A program made the position numbers and the translations under genes. DNA of 64,000 bases, from assembly GCF_050320075.1 (NCBI RefSeq), contig NZ_CP190018.1; one strand, given 5' to 3'. The stretch comes from Escherichia coli. GTDB taxonomy: Bacteria > Pseudomonadota > Gammaproteobacteria > Enterobacterales > Enterobacteriaceae. Shown here one piece after another: positions 13,251 through 24,807 of this stretch. The notes below the pieces were generated by a model. It worked only from the letters and a program-made list of their open reading frames with translations, was not told the origin of the DNA and searched no databases. Numbering within the stretch: the first letter of the stretch is position 1; every line of letters starts with the position of its first letter.

Positions 13251-16200
13251 TTATTTCCGTACCCGATGTCGGTGCAGCCACATCAGCTTATATGCCGCCG
13301 GGATAATAAACAGCGATAGCAAAGGCGCGGTGATCATGCCGCCAATCATCGGCGCGGCAATCCGGCTCATCACCTCTGAACCTGCTCCCGTTCCCCACAG
13401 AATCGGCAGCAGACCAGCGATAATCACCGCCACCGTCATCGCTTTCGGGCGCACGCGCAGGACCGCGCCGTGATACAACGCCTCATCCAGCTTCTGCTCG
13501 CTGAATGTTTGCGGATTATTCAACGACGGCTCGGCCTCTATGGCGTGACGTAAATACATCAGCATCACCACGCCAAATTCGGCGGCAACCCCGGCGAGGG
13601 CAATAAAACCGGTGCCCGTCGCCACGGAAAGATGAAAGCCCATCCACCACAGCAACCAGATGCCGCCCACCAGCGCAAACGGTACGCTGCTGATAATCAG
13701 CAACGCTTCGCCCACCCGACGGAACGCCAGATATAACAGCACGAAGATGATCATCAGCGTCATCGGCACCATGAGTTTCAGCTTATGGTTGGCGCGTTCC
13801 AGTAGCTCGAACTGCCCGGAGAATGCCACGCTGGTGCCCGGTTTTAACTGTACTTTTTCAGCTATCGCTTTTTGCAGATCGTGAACCACCGACACCATGT
13901 CACGATCGCGGGCATCGATATAAATCCAGCTCGTCGGGCGCGCATTCTCGGTTTTCAGCATCGACGGTCCGGTAGAGACTTTAACGTCGGCCACGTCTGC
14001 CAGGGTGATTTGCTGCTTCATCGGCGTCAGGATCGGCAACTGGCGCAGCGCCTGCGGACTATCGCGCCAGCTTTGCGGATAACGCAGATTAATTGGATAA
14101 CGGGCAATCCCTTCCACCGTTTCGCCAACCATCGCCCCGCCCACCGCAGAAGTCACAAACAATTGCACATCCGCCACCGTCATACCGTAACGCGCGGCTT
14201 TTTCACGGTTAATCTCAACGTTGATATAGCGCCCACCTTCCAGACGCTCAGCAAGCGCAGAAGCTACGCCTGGCACCGTTCGTGCCACTTCTTCAATTTG
14301 CTCAGCCATCGCGTCGATATCCGCCAGCACAGTACCGGAAACTTTAATGCCGATGGGGCTTTTAATGCCAGTCGAGAGCATATCGATACGGTTACGAATT
14401 GGCGGCACCCACAGATTCGCCAGCCCCGGCAGCCGCACGGTGTTATCCAGTTCCTCGATGATTTTGTCCATCGTCATGCCTGGCCGCCACTGCTCTTGTG
14501 GCTTAAGCTGGATGGTCGTTTCTACCATCTCCAGCGGAGCAGAATCGGTGGCGGTTTCCGCTTTGCCGGTTTTGCCAAATACCCGCGCCACTTCAGGTAC
14601 GCTCATAATCAGCTTGTCGGTTTTTTGCAGCATAATCGCCGCCTCTGCTGCGGAAATCCCCGGCAGCGTCGATGGCATATACAACAAGTCACCTTCATTG
14701 ATCTGCGGTAAAAACTCCCCGCCAACTTTATTGAGCGGCCAGAGAACCGTCAGCACCGAAAGCGCTGCCACCAGCAGCGTGGTTTTCGGCCAGTGCAGTA
14801 CTTTCAGCAACAGCGGATGATAAACACGAATCAAAAAGCGATTGAGCGGGTTACTGCTTTCCGGCGGAATTTTGCCACGGATCCAGTAGCCCATCAGGAT
14901 AGGGATCACTACGATCGCCAGCAGCGCCGCACCCGCCATCGCATACGTTTTGGTGAACGCCAGCGGGCCAAACAGACGCCCTTCCTGCCCTTCCAGGGTG
15001 AAGATCGGGATAAACGACAACGTGATAATCAGCAGACTGATAAACAGCGCCGGCCCCACTTCAACAGATGCATCGGTGATCACCTGCCAGCGCGTTTTAT
15101 TATCCAGCGTGGCGTCAGGATGCTGGTGCTGCCACTCTTCCAGCCGTTTATGCGCATTCTCGATCATGACGATAGCGGCATCGACCATCGCCCCGACGGC
15201 AATAGCAATACCGCCCAGCGACATAATATTGGCGTTCAGTCCCTGAAAGTGCATGACAATAAAAGCAATACACAACCCCAGCGGCAACGAAATAATCGCC
15301 ACCAGCGCCGAGCGCACATGCCAGAGAAACAGCGCACAGACTACCGCCACCACAATAAACTCTTCCAGCAACTTGCCGCTGAGGTTGTCGATGGCGCGGT
15401 CAATGAGCTGGCTGCGATCGTATGTTGTAACTATCTCCACGCCTTCCGGCAGACTACTTTTCAGCGTTTCCAGTTTGTCTTTCACGGCGGCGATCACTTC
15501 TCGGGCGTTTTTGCCGGAGCGCAGGATCACCACCCCGCCCGCCACTTCGCCTTCGCCGTTCAGTTCGGCAATGCCCCGGCGCATTTCCGGGCCAATCTGG
15601 ACCTTCGCAACATCACGCAGATAAACGGGCACGCCATTTTCACTGGCTTTTAAAACGATGTGATTAAAGTCGTCGAGCGTTTGCAGATAGCCGCTGGCTC
15701 GCACCATATATTCCGCTTCCGCCAGTTCGATCGACGAACCGCCCGCTTCCTGGTTTGAAGCATCCAGCGCGCTTTTTACTTCGGCGAGACTGATGCCATA
15801 TTGCGCCAGGCGCTGAGGATCGATAACCACCTGATACTCTTTCACCACACCGCCTACCGACGCCACTTCCGCAACGTCAGGAATGGTTTTCAGCTCATAT
15901 TTGAGAAACCAGTCCTGCAATGAGCGTAAATCGGCCAGATCGTGCTTACCGCTGCGATCCACCAGTGCATATTCATAGATCCAGCCAACACCCGTGGCAT
16001 CTGGCCCCAACTCGGCGCTGACTCCCGCAGGCAGCTTACCCTGTACCTGGTTGAGGTACTCCAGCACCCGCGAGCGCGCCCAGTACGGATCGGTGCCATC
16101 TTCGAAAATGACATACACATAAGAGTCGCCAAACTGCGAAAAACCGCGCACAGTCTTCGCGCCAGGCACCGACAACATGGTGGTGGTTAGCGGATAAGTC

Positions 16201-16394
16201 ACCTGATTTTCAACGATTTGCGGTGCCTGACCGGGATAGCTGGTTTTAATAATCACCTGCACATCGGAGAGATCCGGCAGCGCATCCACTGGCGTATTAA
16301 TGATGGTCCAGGTGCCCCAGATACTCAGAAATAACGCGCCCATCAGCACCAGAAAACGGTTCGCCACCGAGCGACGAATAATCCATTCAATCAT
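13251..16394 (-). CDS. cusA: Cu(I)/Ag(I) efflux RND transporter
   Basis: 1047-aa [30 protein letters not shown]..., RND permease; operon cusCFBA. Confidence 0.95.
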   Translation of the reverse strand: MIEWIIRRSVANRFLVLMGALFLSIWGTWTIINTPVDALPDLSDVQVIIKTSYPGQAPQIVENQVTYPLTTTMLSVPGAKTVRGFSQFGDSYVYVIFEDGTDPYWARSRVLEYLNQVQGKLPAGVSAELGPDATGVGWIYEYALVDRSGKHDLADLRSLQDWFLKYELKTIPDVAEVASVGGVVKEYQVVIDPQRLAQYGISLAEVKSALDASNQEAGGSSIELAEAEYMVRASGYLQTLDDFNHIVLKASENGVPVYLRDVAKVQIGPEMRRGIAELNGEGEVAGGVVILRSGKNAREVIAAVKDKLETLKSSLPEGVEIVTTYDRSQLIDRAIDNLSGKLLEEFIVVAVVCALFLWHVRSALVAIISLPLGLCIAFIVMHFQGLNANIMSLGGIAIAVGAMVDAAIVMIENAHKRLEEWQHQHPDATLDNKTRWQVITDASVEVGPALFISLLIITLSFIPIFTLEGQEGRLFGPLAFTKTYAMAGAALLAIVVIPILMGYWIRGKIPPESSNPLNRFLIRVYHPLLLKVLHWPKTTLLVAALSVLTVLWPLNKVGGEFLPQINEGDLLYMPSTLPGISAAEAAIMLQKTDKLIMSVPEVARVFGKTGKAETATDSAPLEMVETTIQLKPQEQWRPGMTMDKIIEELDNTVRLPGLANLWVPPIRNRIDMLSTGIKSPIGIKVSGTVLADIDAMAEQIEEVARTVPGVASALAERLEGGRYINVEINREKAARYGMTVADVQLFVTSAVGGAMVGETVEGIARYPINLRYPQSWRDSPQALRQLPILTPMKQQITLADVADVKVSTGPSMLKTENARPTSWIYIDARDRDMVSVVHDLQKAIAEKVQLKPGTSVAFSGQFELLERANHKLKLMVPMTLMIIFVLLYLAFRRVGEALLIISSVPFALVGGIWLLWWMGFHLSVATGTGFIALAGVAAEFGVVMLMYLRHAIEAEPSLNNPQTFSEQKLDEALYHGAVLRVRPKAMTVAVIIAGLLPILWGTGAGSEVMSRIAAPMIGGMITAPLLSLFIIPAAYKLMWLHRHRVRK

Positions 16395-16405
16395 TGGTTA
16401 TTCCC

Positions 16406-17629
16406 TCAATGTGCATGGGTAGCACTTTCAGAGCGCATCCGCTCCAGTGCGCCAGAAATATTGGCTTCGGAATCAATCAGGAACAGGCCGCTGGAAACCA
16501 CCTTTTCACCTTCCGCCAGACCAGAGCGTAACGCGGTGACGCCTTGCGATGCCTGGAAAACGGCAACGCGTTTCGGTACAAAGCGCCCGTCGGCATCAAC
16601 GGTAATCACCCGCTGTTCGTTGCCGGTATCAATCAGCGCCTGTGACGGAATGAGCAGCATCGGTTCGCTGGCGGTGTTGAGTTGCAACCAGGCGTTCATT
16701 CCCGGTTTTAGCGCCTCGTCGGCGTTGTCGACTTCCAGACGCAGCTGCAACGTGCGGGTCGCGGCATCCACGCCAGGTAGTAGCGTCCATTTGCGGATGG
16801 TGAGTGTTTTATCAGGTCGCGCCGGAACGGTGAGCGTAAACTGCGAGGCATCTTTCACCAGCCAGGCGATGGACTCCGGGATCGCAGCAGTGACCCACAC
16901 CGGGTCCATACCCTGAATTTTCGCGACCACGTTATCTTTGGCGATATTCATTCCCGCGCGCAGATCAAACGCGGTGATCACGCCATCAATGGGCGCTTTG
17001 AGCGTAAAGCGAGTCTGTATTTTTTGCGTGGCGATCAGGCGGCGAATATCCGCCTCCGGCATTCCCGCCAGTCTCAGCCGCTCAAGAATGCCTTCAGTCT
17101 GGGTCGCCGTACCGCCGGTTTCGCGCAGCAGTAAATACTCACTCTGCGCTTCCACCCAGTCGGGAATGGTCAGGTCGAGAAGCGGTGTGCCCTTTTGTAC
17201 TTTATCGCCCACGGTAAGCGGATACACCTTGTCGATAAACCCGGCAGCGCGAGCCTGCACAATGGCATACTGATACTCGTTGTAACTGACATTCGCCGGG
17301 AAACTCTGGGCAAAAGTCAGCGGTCCGCGCGTGACGGTAGCCGTTTTCACCCCCAGATTCTGCGTCTGAGTCGGGTCAATGCGCACACCAGACGCAGAAC
17401 TCTCTTCATCGGCATATTTCGGCACCAGATCCATATCCATAAACGGCGATTTACCTGGTTTATCGAACCGCGTATTGGGATACATCGGGTCGTACCAGAA
17501 TAAGATTTTACGTTCTGCGGTCGACGTTTTTTCTGCGGGCGGTTCAGCCCGGTCAAACCAGGTAAAACCTGCCGCAGAAATAATACCGCCCGCGATCATG
17601 CTGCCGATAATAAGCGCGATTTTTTTCAT
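16406..17629 (-). CDS. cusB: Cu(I)/Ag(I) efflux membrane fusion protein
   Basis: 407-aa ORF; N-terminal signal/anchor; directly upstream of cusA. Confidence 0.95.
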   Translation of the reverse strand: MKKIALIIGSMIAGGIISAAGFTWFDRAEPPAEKTSTAERKILFWYDPMYPNTRFDKPGKSPFMDMDLVPKYADEESSASGVRIDPTQTQNLGVKTATVTRGPLTFAQSFPANVSYNEYQYAIVQARAAGFIDKVYPLTVGDKVQKGTPLLDLTIPDWVEAQSEYLLLRETGGTATQTEGILERLRLAGMPEADIRRLIATQKIQTRFTLKAPIDGVITAFDLRAGMNIAKDNVVAKIQGMDPVWVTAAIPESIAWLVKDASQFTLTVPARPDKTLTIRKWTLLPGVDAATRTLQLRLEVDNADEALKPGMNAWLQLNTASEPMLLIPSQALIDTGNEQRVITVDADGRFVPKRVAVFQASQGVTALRSGLAEGEKVVSSGLFLIDSEANISGALERMRSESATHAH

Positions 17630-17644
17630 CTCATTAAACCTGGG

Positions 17645-17977
17645 TTACTGGCTGACTTTAATATCCTGTAATAAAGAAAGGTTGCCCTGCTGGACAAAAT
17701 TAAACGCCACTTTGTCGCCAGTTTTAATTTCACTCATTTTCGTCTGCGGAGTGATGGTAAAGCGCATGGTCATCTCCGGCCAGTTCACCGCGGTAATTGG
17801 ATCGTGGTGGATGGTGATTTTTTTGCTTTCCAGATCAATGGTTTTTACCACCCCAGTGGCGCTAATGACCTGTGGTTGTGCCTCGCTCATGGTTTCATGA
17901 TGATGTTCGTTAGCCTGGGCATTAAAGCCAATCACGGTAAACAGACTGAACATTGCGACTTGCAGTGCTTTTTTCAT
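17645..17977 (-). CDS. cusF: Periplasmic Cu(I)/Ag(I) metallochaperone
   Basis: 110-aa ORF with signal peptide, His-rich region and Met/Trp metal site; between cusC and cusB. Confidence 0.95.
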   Translation of the reverse strand: MKKALQVAMFSLFTVIGFNAQANEHHHETMSEAQPQVISATGVVKTIDLESKKITIHHDPITAVNWPEMTMRFTITPQTKMSEIKTGDKVAFNFVQQGNLSLLQDIKVSQ

Positions 17978-18000
17978 TTATTCTCTCCTGGAGTTAAAAA

Positions 18001-19383
18001 TTATTGCTGCCAACCGCCACCAAGTGCGGTATATAAAGAAATTTCGTTGACCTGACGGGCATAATTCAGGTCAAGTAAGGTTTGTCGGGTTGCAAATAAA
18101 GAACGCTCGGCATCCAGCACTTCCAGATAACTGACTGCGCCGTGCTGATATAATGCCCGCGCCCGTTGCAAAGTAATTTGCAGCGACGCCAGATAACGCT
18201 GCTGGGCGCTGATTTGATCGTTCAGGCTTTGACGTAATGCCAGCGCATCTGCCACTTCTTTAAAGGCGTTCTGGATTTTCTGTTCATAATTCACTACCGA
18301 CTGCTGCTGGCGAATTTCGGCGATATCCAGATTGGCCTGGTTGCGTCCGGCATTAAAAATGGGGATCTCAATTTTAGGAATAAAATTCCACATCCCGCTG
18401 CTGGCGTTAAATAATGACGACAGATCGCTGCTGGCGGTTGATATTCCGCTGGTCAGGCTTATAGATGGGAAAAATGCCGCGCGTGCGGCCCCAATATTGG
18501 CATTAGCCGCCATTAACGCGTGTTCAGCTTCCATAATATCCGGGCGCTGCAATAAGATTTGCGACGACAAGCCCGCCGGTAATTTAACGCTTTGCAGGCT
18601 GTCGCTGTTTACTGTCTGCGCTTGCGGCAGCTTGCCGTAGCTTCCCAATAATAGTTGCAATGCATTATTCGCCTGCGCCAGTTCCCCCTGACGTTTAGCG
18701 ATGTCGCTGCGGGTACTTTCAATCACCCCGCGAGCCTGTTCCAGCGCCAGAACATTGCTGCTACCGGTCAACAGTTGTTTTTCGACAAACGCATATGACT
18801 GCTGATAATTACGCAGCGTTTCTTCGGCTATTTGCAATTGCGCATACGCCAGCTGCTGATTGAAATAGCTTTGCGCGACATTAGAAACCAGCAGAATATG
18901 CACCGCGCGCTGGGCTTCCTCAGTGGCTAAATAATTTTGTCGCTCGGCTTCGCTCACGTTCTTTAAGCGACCGAAAAAATCGAGATCAAAGCTGGCGTTA
19001 AGGCCAGTCGAGAACTCCCGCGTCGTGGCTGAATCGCCTTTAAGATTGCCGCTCCAGCTGCCGCTGCCCTCGCCATTGAGCTGTGGGTAGCGGTCGGCAT
19101 CGGTCAGACGATATTGCGCCCGCGCTTCCTGCACTTTCAGCGTCGCCATGCGCAAATCCCGGTTATTCACCAGCGCCTCGCTAATCAGCGTCTTCACCTG
19201 ATTATCAACAAAAAAGGTGCGCCAGCCCGCGTTCTGGTAGTTATCTGCTGCGTTAACCAGGCCGTTCTGGTTGAGTGAGAACTGCTGCGGCACGGGCATT
19301 GCCGGGCGCTGATAATCCGGTGCCAGTGAACAACCGGTTAGCGCAAGGGCCACACAAAATGGCAGAAGTTTACAAGGAGACAT
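18001..19383 (-). CDS. cusC: Cu(I)/Ag(I) efflux outer-membrane factor (lipoprotein)
   Basis: ORF with lipobox LALTGC; OMF family; first gene of cusCFBA. Confidence 0.95.
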   Translation of the reverse strand: MSPCKLLPFCVALALTGCSLAPDYQRPAMPVPQQFSLNQNGLVNAADNYQNAGWRTFFVDNQVKTLISEALVNNRDLRMATLKVQEARAQYRLTDADRYPQLNGEGSGSWSGNLKGDSATTREFSTGLNASFDLDFFGRLKNVSEAERQNYLATEEAQRAVHILLVSNVAQSYFNQQLAYAQLQIAEETLRNYQQSYAFVEKQLLTGSSNVLALEQARGVIESTRSDIAKRQGELAQANNALQLLLGSYGKLPQAQTVNSDSLQSVKLPAGLSSQILLQRPDIMEAEHALMAANANIGAARAAFFPSISLTSGISTASSDLSSLFNASSGMWNFIPKIEIPIFNAGRNQANLDIAEIRQQQSVVNYEQKIQNAFKEVADALALRQSLNDQISAQQRYLASLQITLQRARALYQHGAVSYLEVLDAERSLFATRQTLLDLNYARQVNEISLYTALGGGWQQ

Positions 19384-19452
19384 AGGCTCATAATTTCTGG
19401 TGATTTTATGCCGCCAACTTTACTCGCCAGGCTCTGATTTTCCGGTGACAGG

Positions 19453-19474
19453 AAAATGACAAAATTGTCATTTT
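19453..19474. promoter_or_regulatory. CusR box (palindrome) in divergent cusC / cusR promoter region
   Basis: Perfect inverted repeat AAAATGACAAAATTGTCATTTT between divergent cusC and cusRS. Confidence 0.65.
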
Positions 19475-19539
19475 GCCAATAAGCGATTGCCATCTGATCC
19501 CGCTACTCTAGAATTGCCCGGGCAACATGCGGAGGAAAT

Positions 19540-20223
19540 ATGAAACTGTTGATTGTCGAAGATGAAAAGAAAACCGGAGAATACTTGACCAAAGGGTTAA
19601 CCGAAGCCGGTTTTGTGGTCGATTTGGCCGACAATGGGCTGAATGGCTACCATCTGGCGATGACCGGTGATTATGACCTGATAATCCTCGATATTATGCT
19701 GCCGGACGTGAACGGCTGGGATATCGTGCGCATGTTGCGCTCCGCCAATAAAGGGATGCCGATTCTGTTGCTTACCGCGCTTGGTACCATTGAACATCGC
19801 GTCAAGGGGCTGGAGTTGGGGGCGGATGACTACCTGGTGAAGCCGTTCGCTTTTGCTGAACTGCTGGCGCGGGTGCGCACTCTACTGCGGCGCGGGGCGG
19901 CGGTAATTATCGAAAGTCAGTTTCAGGTTGCCGATTTGATGGTCGATCTCGTCAGCCGCAAAGTCACCCGTAGCGGCACGCGCATCACGTTGACCAGTAA
20001 AGAATTTACTTTGCTGGAGTTTTTCCTCCGCCATCAAGGCGAAGTGCTGCCCCGCTCGCTTATCGCCTCGCAGGTGTGGGACATGAATTTCGACAGCGAT
20101 ACCAACGCCATTGATGTGGCAGTGAAGCGGCTGCGCGGCAAAATCGACAACGACTTTGAGCCGAAGCTGATTCAAACCGTGCGCGGCGTGGGTTACATGC
20201 TTGAGGTGCCGGATGGTCAGTAA
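19540..20223 (+). CDS. cusR: Copper-responsive two-component response regulator (OmpR family)
   Basis: 227-aa [19 protein letters not shown]..., receiver + winged-helix domain. Confidence 0.95.
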
Positions 20224-21661
20224 GCCATTTCAGCGCCCGTTTTCGCTGGCAACCCGCCTGACCTTTTTTATCAGCCTGGCCACCATCGCGGCGTTTTTCG
20301 CCTTTGCCTGGATCATGATTCACTCGGTAAAAGTGCATTTTGCTGAGCAGGATATTAATGATTTAAAAGAGATTAGCGCCACACTCAAGCGCGTTCTTAA
20401 TCATCCCGAAGAGACACAAGCCCGACGCTTAATGACGCTGGAAGATATCGTCAGTGGTTATTCCAATGTGTTGATTTCCCTGGCAGATAGCCAGGGTAAA
20501 ACGGTGTATCACTCCCCCGGTGCGCCGGATATCCGCGAGTTTACGCGTGACGCCATACCCGATAAAGACACGCGGGGCGGCGAGGTGTATCTCCTTTCCG
20601 GCCCGACGATTATGATGCCGGGCCACGGTCACGGGCATATGGAACACAGCAACTGGCGGATGATTAACTTGCCGGTTGGCCCGTTGGTGGACGGCAAACC
20701 GATTTATACGCTCTACATCGCGCTTTCGATCGATTTTCATCTTCATTACATAAATGATTTGATGAATAAACTTATTATGACCGCATCGATCATCAGCATC
20801 CTGATCGTCTTTATCGTGCTGTTGGCGGTACATAAAGGTCACGCACCGATCCGCAGCGTCAGCCGTCAAATCCAGAACATTACCTCGAAAGATCTCGACG
20901 TTCGCCTTGACCCGCAGACCGTGCCGATTGAGCTGGAACAGCTGGTACTGTCGTTCAACCATATGATCGAGCGTATTGAGGATGTCTTTACTCGCCAGTC
21001 CAATTTCTCAGCGGATATCGCTCACGAAATTCGTACACCAATTACGAATCTCATAACGCAAACCGAAATCGCCCTCAGCCAGTCACGCAGCCAGAAGGAG
21101 CTGGAAGATGTGCTCTACTCTAATCTCGAAGAGCTGACGCGAATGGCGAAAATGGTCAGCGATATGCTGTTTCTCGCCCAGGCCGATAACAACCAGCTAA
21201 TCCCCGAAAAGAAAATGCTCAACCTGGCGGATGAAATCGGCAAAGTGTTCGATTTTTTCGAGGCGCTAGCGGAAGATCGCGGCGTGGAACTGCGGTTTGT
21301 TGGTGACGAGTGTCAGGTTGCGGGCGATCCGCTGATGCTGCGTCGGGCGTTAAGCAACCTGCTTTCGAACGCCCTGCGTTATACGCCGCCCGGAGAGGCG
21401 ATTGTAGTGCGCTGCCAGACGGTCGATCACCAGGTGCAAGTTTCCGTCGAAAACCCCGGTACGCCCATTGCGCCCGAGCACTTACCGCGATTGTTTGACC
21501 GTTTCTACCGCGTTGACCCCTCCCGCCAGCGAAAAGGCGAAGGTAGCGGTATTGGGCTGGCGATAGTGAAATCGATTGTTGTCGCGCATAAAGGCACGGT
21601 TGCAGTAACGTCAGATGCTCGGGGGACAAGGTTTGTGATTATGCTGCCGGAGAGAGAGTGA
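20213..21661 (+). CDS. cusS: Copper-sensing histidine kinase
   Basis: ORF 20201..21661; start at [16 protein letters not shown]...; H-box ([12 protein letters not shown]) and ATPase motifs; overlaps cusR stop. Confidence 0.95.
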
Positions 21662-22397
21662 TTATTAAGTTCAAATTCAGGGCGTGGTGCATCACCTCCT
21701 GGTATTGTTGATCAACAAATTAGAGAAAAACTTATTAAACATATGAAATATCGAAGGCTTTTATTTTTCAAAGTTTCACGAGATGTTTGTATATGAAACT
21801 TAGTTAAATCTGTGTTTCTTCCAATTGTAGATCACAATGCCCTTTCTAAATTTTCATCGTTATAAACAAGCCATCTATCATATAAAGCAATGAATAATTT
21901 AATCGCGATTAATCATCATTAATTGTTATATTATTCACTCAATCTATTTATCAAGTGAATTTGATAAATTCCTAATTTAAAATATCCACTATTGAGCCAG
22001 TATTTAACAACGTTAAGATGTGCAATGTGCAGATCATGTTATCAGGGTGGAGCGGTAGCATATATTTCTTATGCAATCATTCATTTTAATAATGTTAATT
22101 GGATTATTTATTGCTGTGAATAAAAATATATTATGAATATTGGTTTAACTTTGCGTTTTTGTTACTCGTTGTGATATGCGTACCTGTCCTGAATAACGCC
22201 AAGAAACAAGAGGTTGAGCTTGTGATTATTTTTTTGACTGAACAGACACCCGTTTCTGTAAAGTAATATTTAAACAAAATTCTCACATAACCATAGCATT
22301 TTCTGTTCCTTCCCTAATAACGTCTGAAGTCGTCCCGCTTATCACATTATCCGCAGTTGTACGGTACGGATCATTATTCATTTTACTGGAGGTTGCT

Positions 22398-24299
22398 ATG
22401 TCAACCGGATTACGTTTCACACTGGAAGTGGACGGCCTGCCGCCGGATGCTTTTGCGGTGGTTTCCTTTCATCTGAACCAGTCACTCTCTTCGCTCTTTT
22501 CCCTCGATCTCTCCCTGGTCAGCCAGCAGTTTCTCTCCCTTGAATTTGCGCAGGTGCTGGACAAAATGGCCTACCTGACGGTATGGCAGGGCGATGACGT
22601 ACAGCGCCGGGTGAAAGGCGTGGTGACCTGGTTTGAACTCGGGGAGAACGACAAAAACCAGATGCTGTACAGCATGAAGGTGCACCCGCCGCTGTGGCGT
22701 GCCGGTCTGCGCCAGAACTTCCGTATCTTCCAGAACGAGGACATCAAAAGCATCCTCGGCACGATGTTGCAGGAAAACGGGGTGACCGAATGGAGTCCGC
22801 TGTTCAGCGAGCCGCATCCTTCCCGTGAGTTTTGTGTCCAGTACGGTGAGACTGATTACGATTTCCTGTGCCGGATGGCGGCGGAGGAAGGCATCTTCTT
22901 TTATGAGGAGCATGCTTACAAAAGTACCGACCAGAGCCTGGTGCTGTGCGACACAGTCCGCCATCTGCCCGAATCTTTTGAAATCCCATGGAACCCGAAC
23001 ACCCGTACCGAGGTGAGCACCCTCTGCATCAGCCAGTTCCGCTACAGCGCACAAATCCGCCCTTCTTCCGTGGTGACCAAAGACTACACCTTTAAACGCC
23101 CCGGCTGGGCCGGACGTTTTGAACAGGAAGGCCAGCACCAGGACTACCAGCGCACGCAGTATGAAGTGTATGACTACCCCGGACGTTTCAAGGGTGCCCA
23201 CGGGCAGAACTTTGCCCGCTGGCAGATGGACGGCTGGCGAAACAATGCAGAAACCGCGCGGGGAATGAGTCGCTCGCCGGAGATATGGCCGGGACGACGA
23301 ATTGTGCTGACGGGGCATCCGCAGGCGAACCTGAACCGGGAATGGCAGGTGGTGGCAAGTGAACTGCACGGCGAACAGCCACAGGCGGTGCCAGGACGGC
23401 AGGGAGCGGGGACGGCGCTGGAGAACCATTTTGCGGTGATCCCGGCAGACAGAACATGGCGACCACAGCCGTTGCTGAAACCGCTGGTCGACGGCCCGCA
23501 GAGCGCTGTCGTGACAGGACCGGCAGGCGAGGAAATCTTCTGCGACGAACATGGTCGCGTGCGGGTGAAGTTCAACTGGGACCGCTATAACCCGTCAAAC
23601 CAGGACAGTTCGTGCTGGATCCGTGTGGCACAGGCGTGGGCAGGCACCGGTTTTGGCCACCTGGCGATACCGCGTGTGGGTCAGGAGGTGATTGTAGACT
23701 TCCTCAACGGCGATCCGGACCAGCCGATCATTATGGGGCGCACCTACCACCAGGAAAACCGCACCCCCGGCAGCCTGCCGGGAACAAAGACGCAGATGAC
23801 CATCCGCTCCAAAACGTACATGGGCAGCGGATTTAATGAGCTGAAGTTTGATGATGCGACAGGGAGAGAACAGGTCTACATCCACGCGCAGAAGAACATG
23901 GATACCGAAGTGCTCAACGACCGTACCACCACCGTAAAACACGATCACCACGAAACCGTAAAAAATGACCAGACGGTCACGATCCAGGAAGGTAACCGCC
24001 TTCTTACGGTGGAAAAAGGCCACAAGATCACCGGAGTACTGAAAGGGTCTTTATCTGAGGATGTCTTTCAGGACAGAGGCACGATTGCCGGTTCGGTGCA
24101 TGTTGACGCTGTAAACAATGGTGGCGAAGGCGACGGTATACAGGCTTATACGGCGATTAAGGAAATTTTGCTGGCCGTGGAGGAAAGCAAAATTGCGCTG
24201 ACGCCGGATGGCATTCAGCTACAGGTCGGGGAATCGACGGTAATCAGGCTGTCGAAGGATGGCATCACCATCGTGGGCGGTTCTGTTTTCATCAACTGA
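22398..24299 (+). CDS. vgrG: Type VI secretion spike protein VgrG (gp27/gp5-like)
   Basis: 633-aa ORF MSTGLRFTLEVDGLPPDAFAVVSFHLNQSLSSLFSLDLSLVSQ... typical VgrG N-terminus; GGAGG RBS 7 nt upstream. Confidence 0.9.
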   Translation: MSTGLRFTLEVDGLPPDAFAVVSFHLNQSLSSLFSLDLSLVSQQFLSLEFAQVLDKMAYLTVWQGDDVQRRVKGVVTWFELGENDKNQMLYSMKVHPPLWRAGLRQNFRIFQNEDIKSILGTMLQENGVTEWSPLFSEPHPSREFCVQYGETDYDFLCRMAAEEGIFFYEEHAYKSTDQSLVLCDTVRHLPESFEIPWNPNTRTEVSTLCISQFRYSAQIRPSSVVTKDYTFKRPGWAGRFEQEGQHQDYQRTQYEVYDYPGRFKGAHGQNFARWQMDGWRNNAETARGMSRSPEIWPGRRIVLTGHPQANLNREWQVVASELHGEQPQAVPGRQGAGTALENHFAVIPADRTWRPQPLLKPLVDGPQSAVVTGPAGEEIFCDEHGRVRVKFNWDRYNPSNQDSSCWIRVAQAWAGTGFGHLAIPRVGQEVIVDFLNGDPDQPIIMGRTYHQENRTPGSLPGTKTQMTIRSKTYMGSGFNELKFDDATGREQVYIHAQKNMDTEVLNDRTTTVKHDHHETVKNDQTVTIQEGNRLLTVEKGHKITGVLKGSLSEDVFQDRGTIAGSVHVDAVNNGGEGDGIQAYTAIKEILLAVEESKIALTPDGIQLQVGESTVIRLSKDGITIVGGSVFIN

Positions 24300-24326
24300 T
24301 TCACTCAGATTATCAGGGAGTATTTT

Positions 24327-24788
24327 ATGCAGTTCACTTTTAATGAAGGCCACATTCAACTGCCGTCTCAATGGCAGGATCAGTCAATGCAGGTCCTGGT
24401 GTCCACAGATAACAGTGGCATCAACCTGGTCATTACCCGCGAAGCCGTTCCACAGGGAACCCTGACACCAGAGCTGTACCAGGAAACGCTGGCGCTGTAC
24501 CAGGGCAAACTTGATGGGTACACCGAACATGCCTGCCGGGAAATCACTCTGGCAGAGGCCCCGGCCTGGCTGCTGGATTATTCCTGGAACGGTCCGGAAG
24601 ATGAGGGGAATCAGGGGCGGATTAGCCAGATAGCCGTATTCCAGCGGCGTGGAGATACGCTGCTGACCTTCACTTTCAGCACCTCCTTATCCCTGAAGAA
24701 CAGTCAAAAGACGATGCTGCTGGAGGTGATAAAGAGCTTCACCCCGTTGCCACCGGAGAATGACATCCAAAAGGACCAGCCGCGCTGA
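24327..24788 (+). CDS. DUF1795-family (Eag-type) effector-associated chaperone
   Basis: 153-aa ORF immediately between vgrG and a prePAAR-Rhs gene; size and position match Eag chaperones; family assignment from memory of the sequence class, not from a search. Confidence 0.65.
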   Translation: MQFTFNEGHIQLPSQWQDQSMQVLVSTDNSGINLVITREAVPQGTLTPELYQETLALYQGKLDGYTEHACREITLAEAPAWLLDYSWNGPEDEGNQGRISQIAVFQRRGDTLLTFTFSTSLSLKNSQKTMLLEVIKSFTPLPPENDIQKDQPR

Positions 24789-24807
24789 CATAAACGAGGG
24801 ATAACAC

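Noticed and set aside
13660-16190. Multiple plus-strand ORFs (74-286 aa) overlapping cusA
   Set aside because: Antisense to the well-supported 1047-aa cusA frame; translations are Arg/His-rich and non-protein-like.
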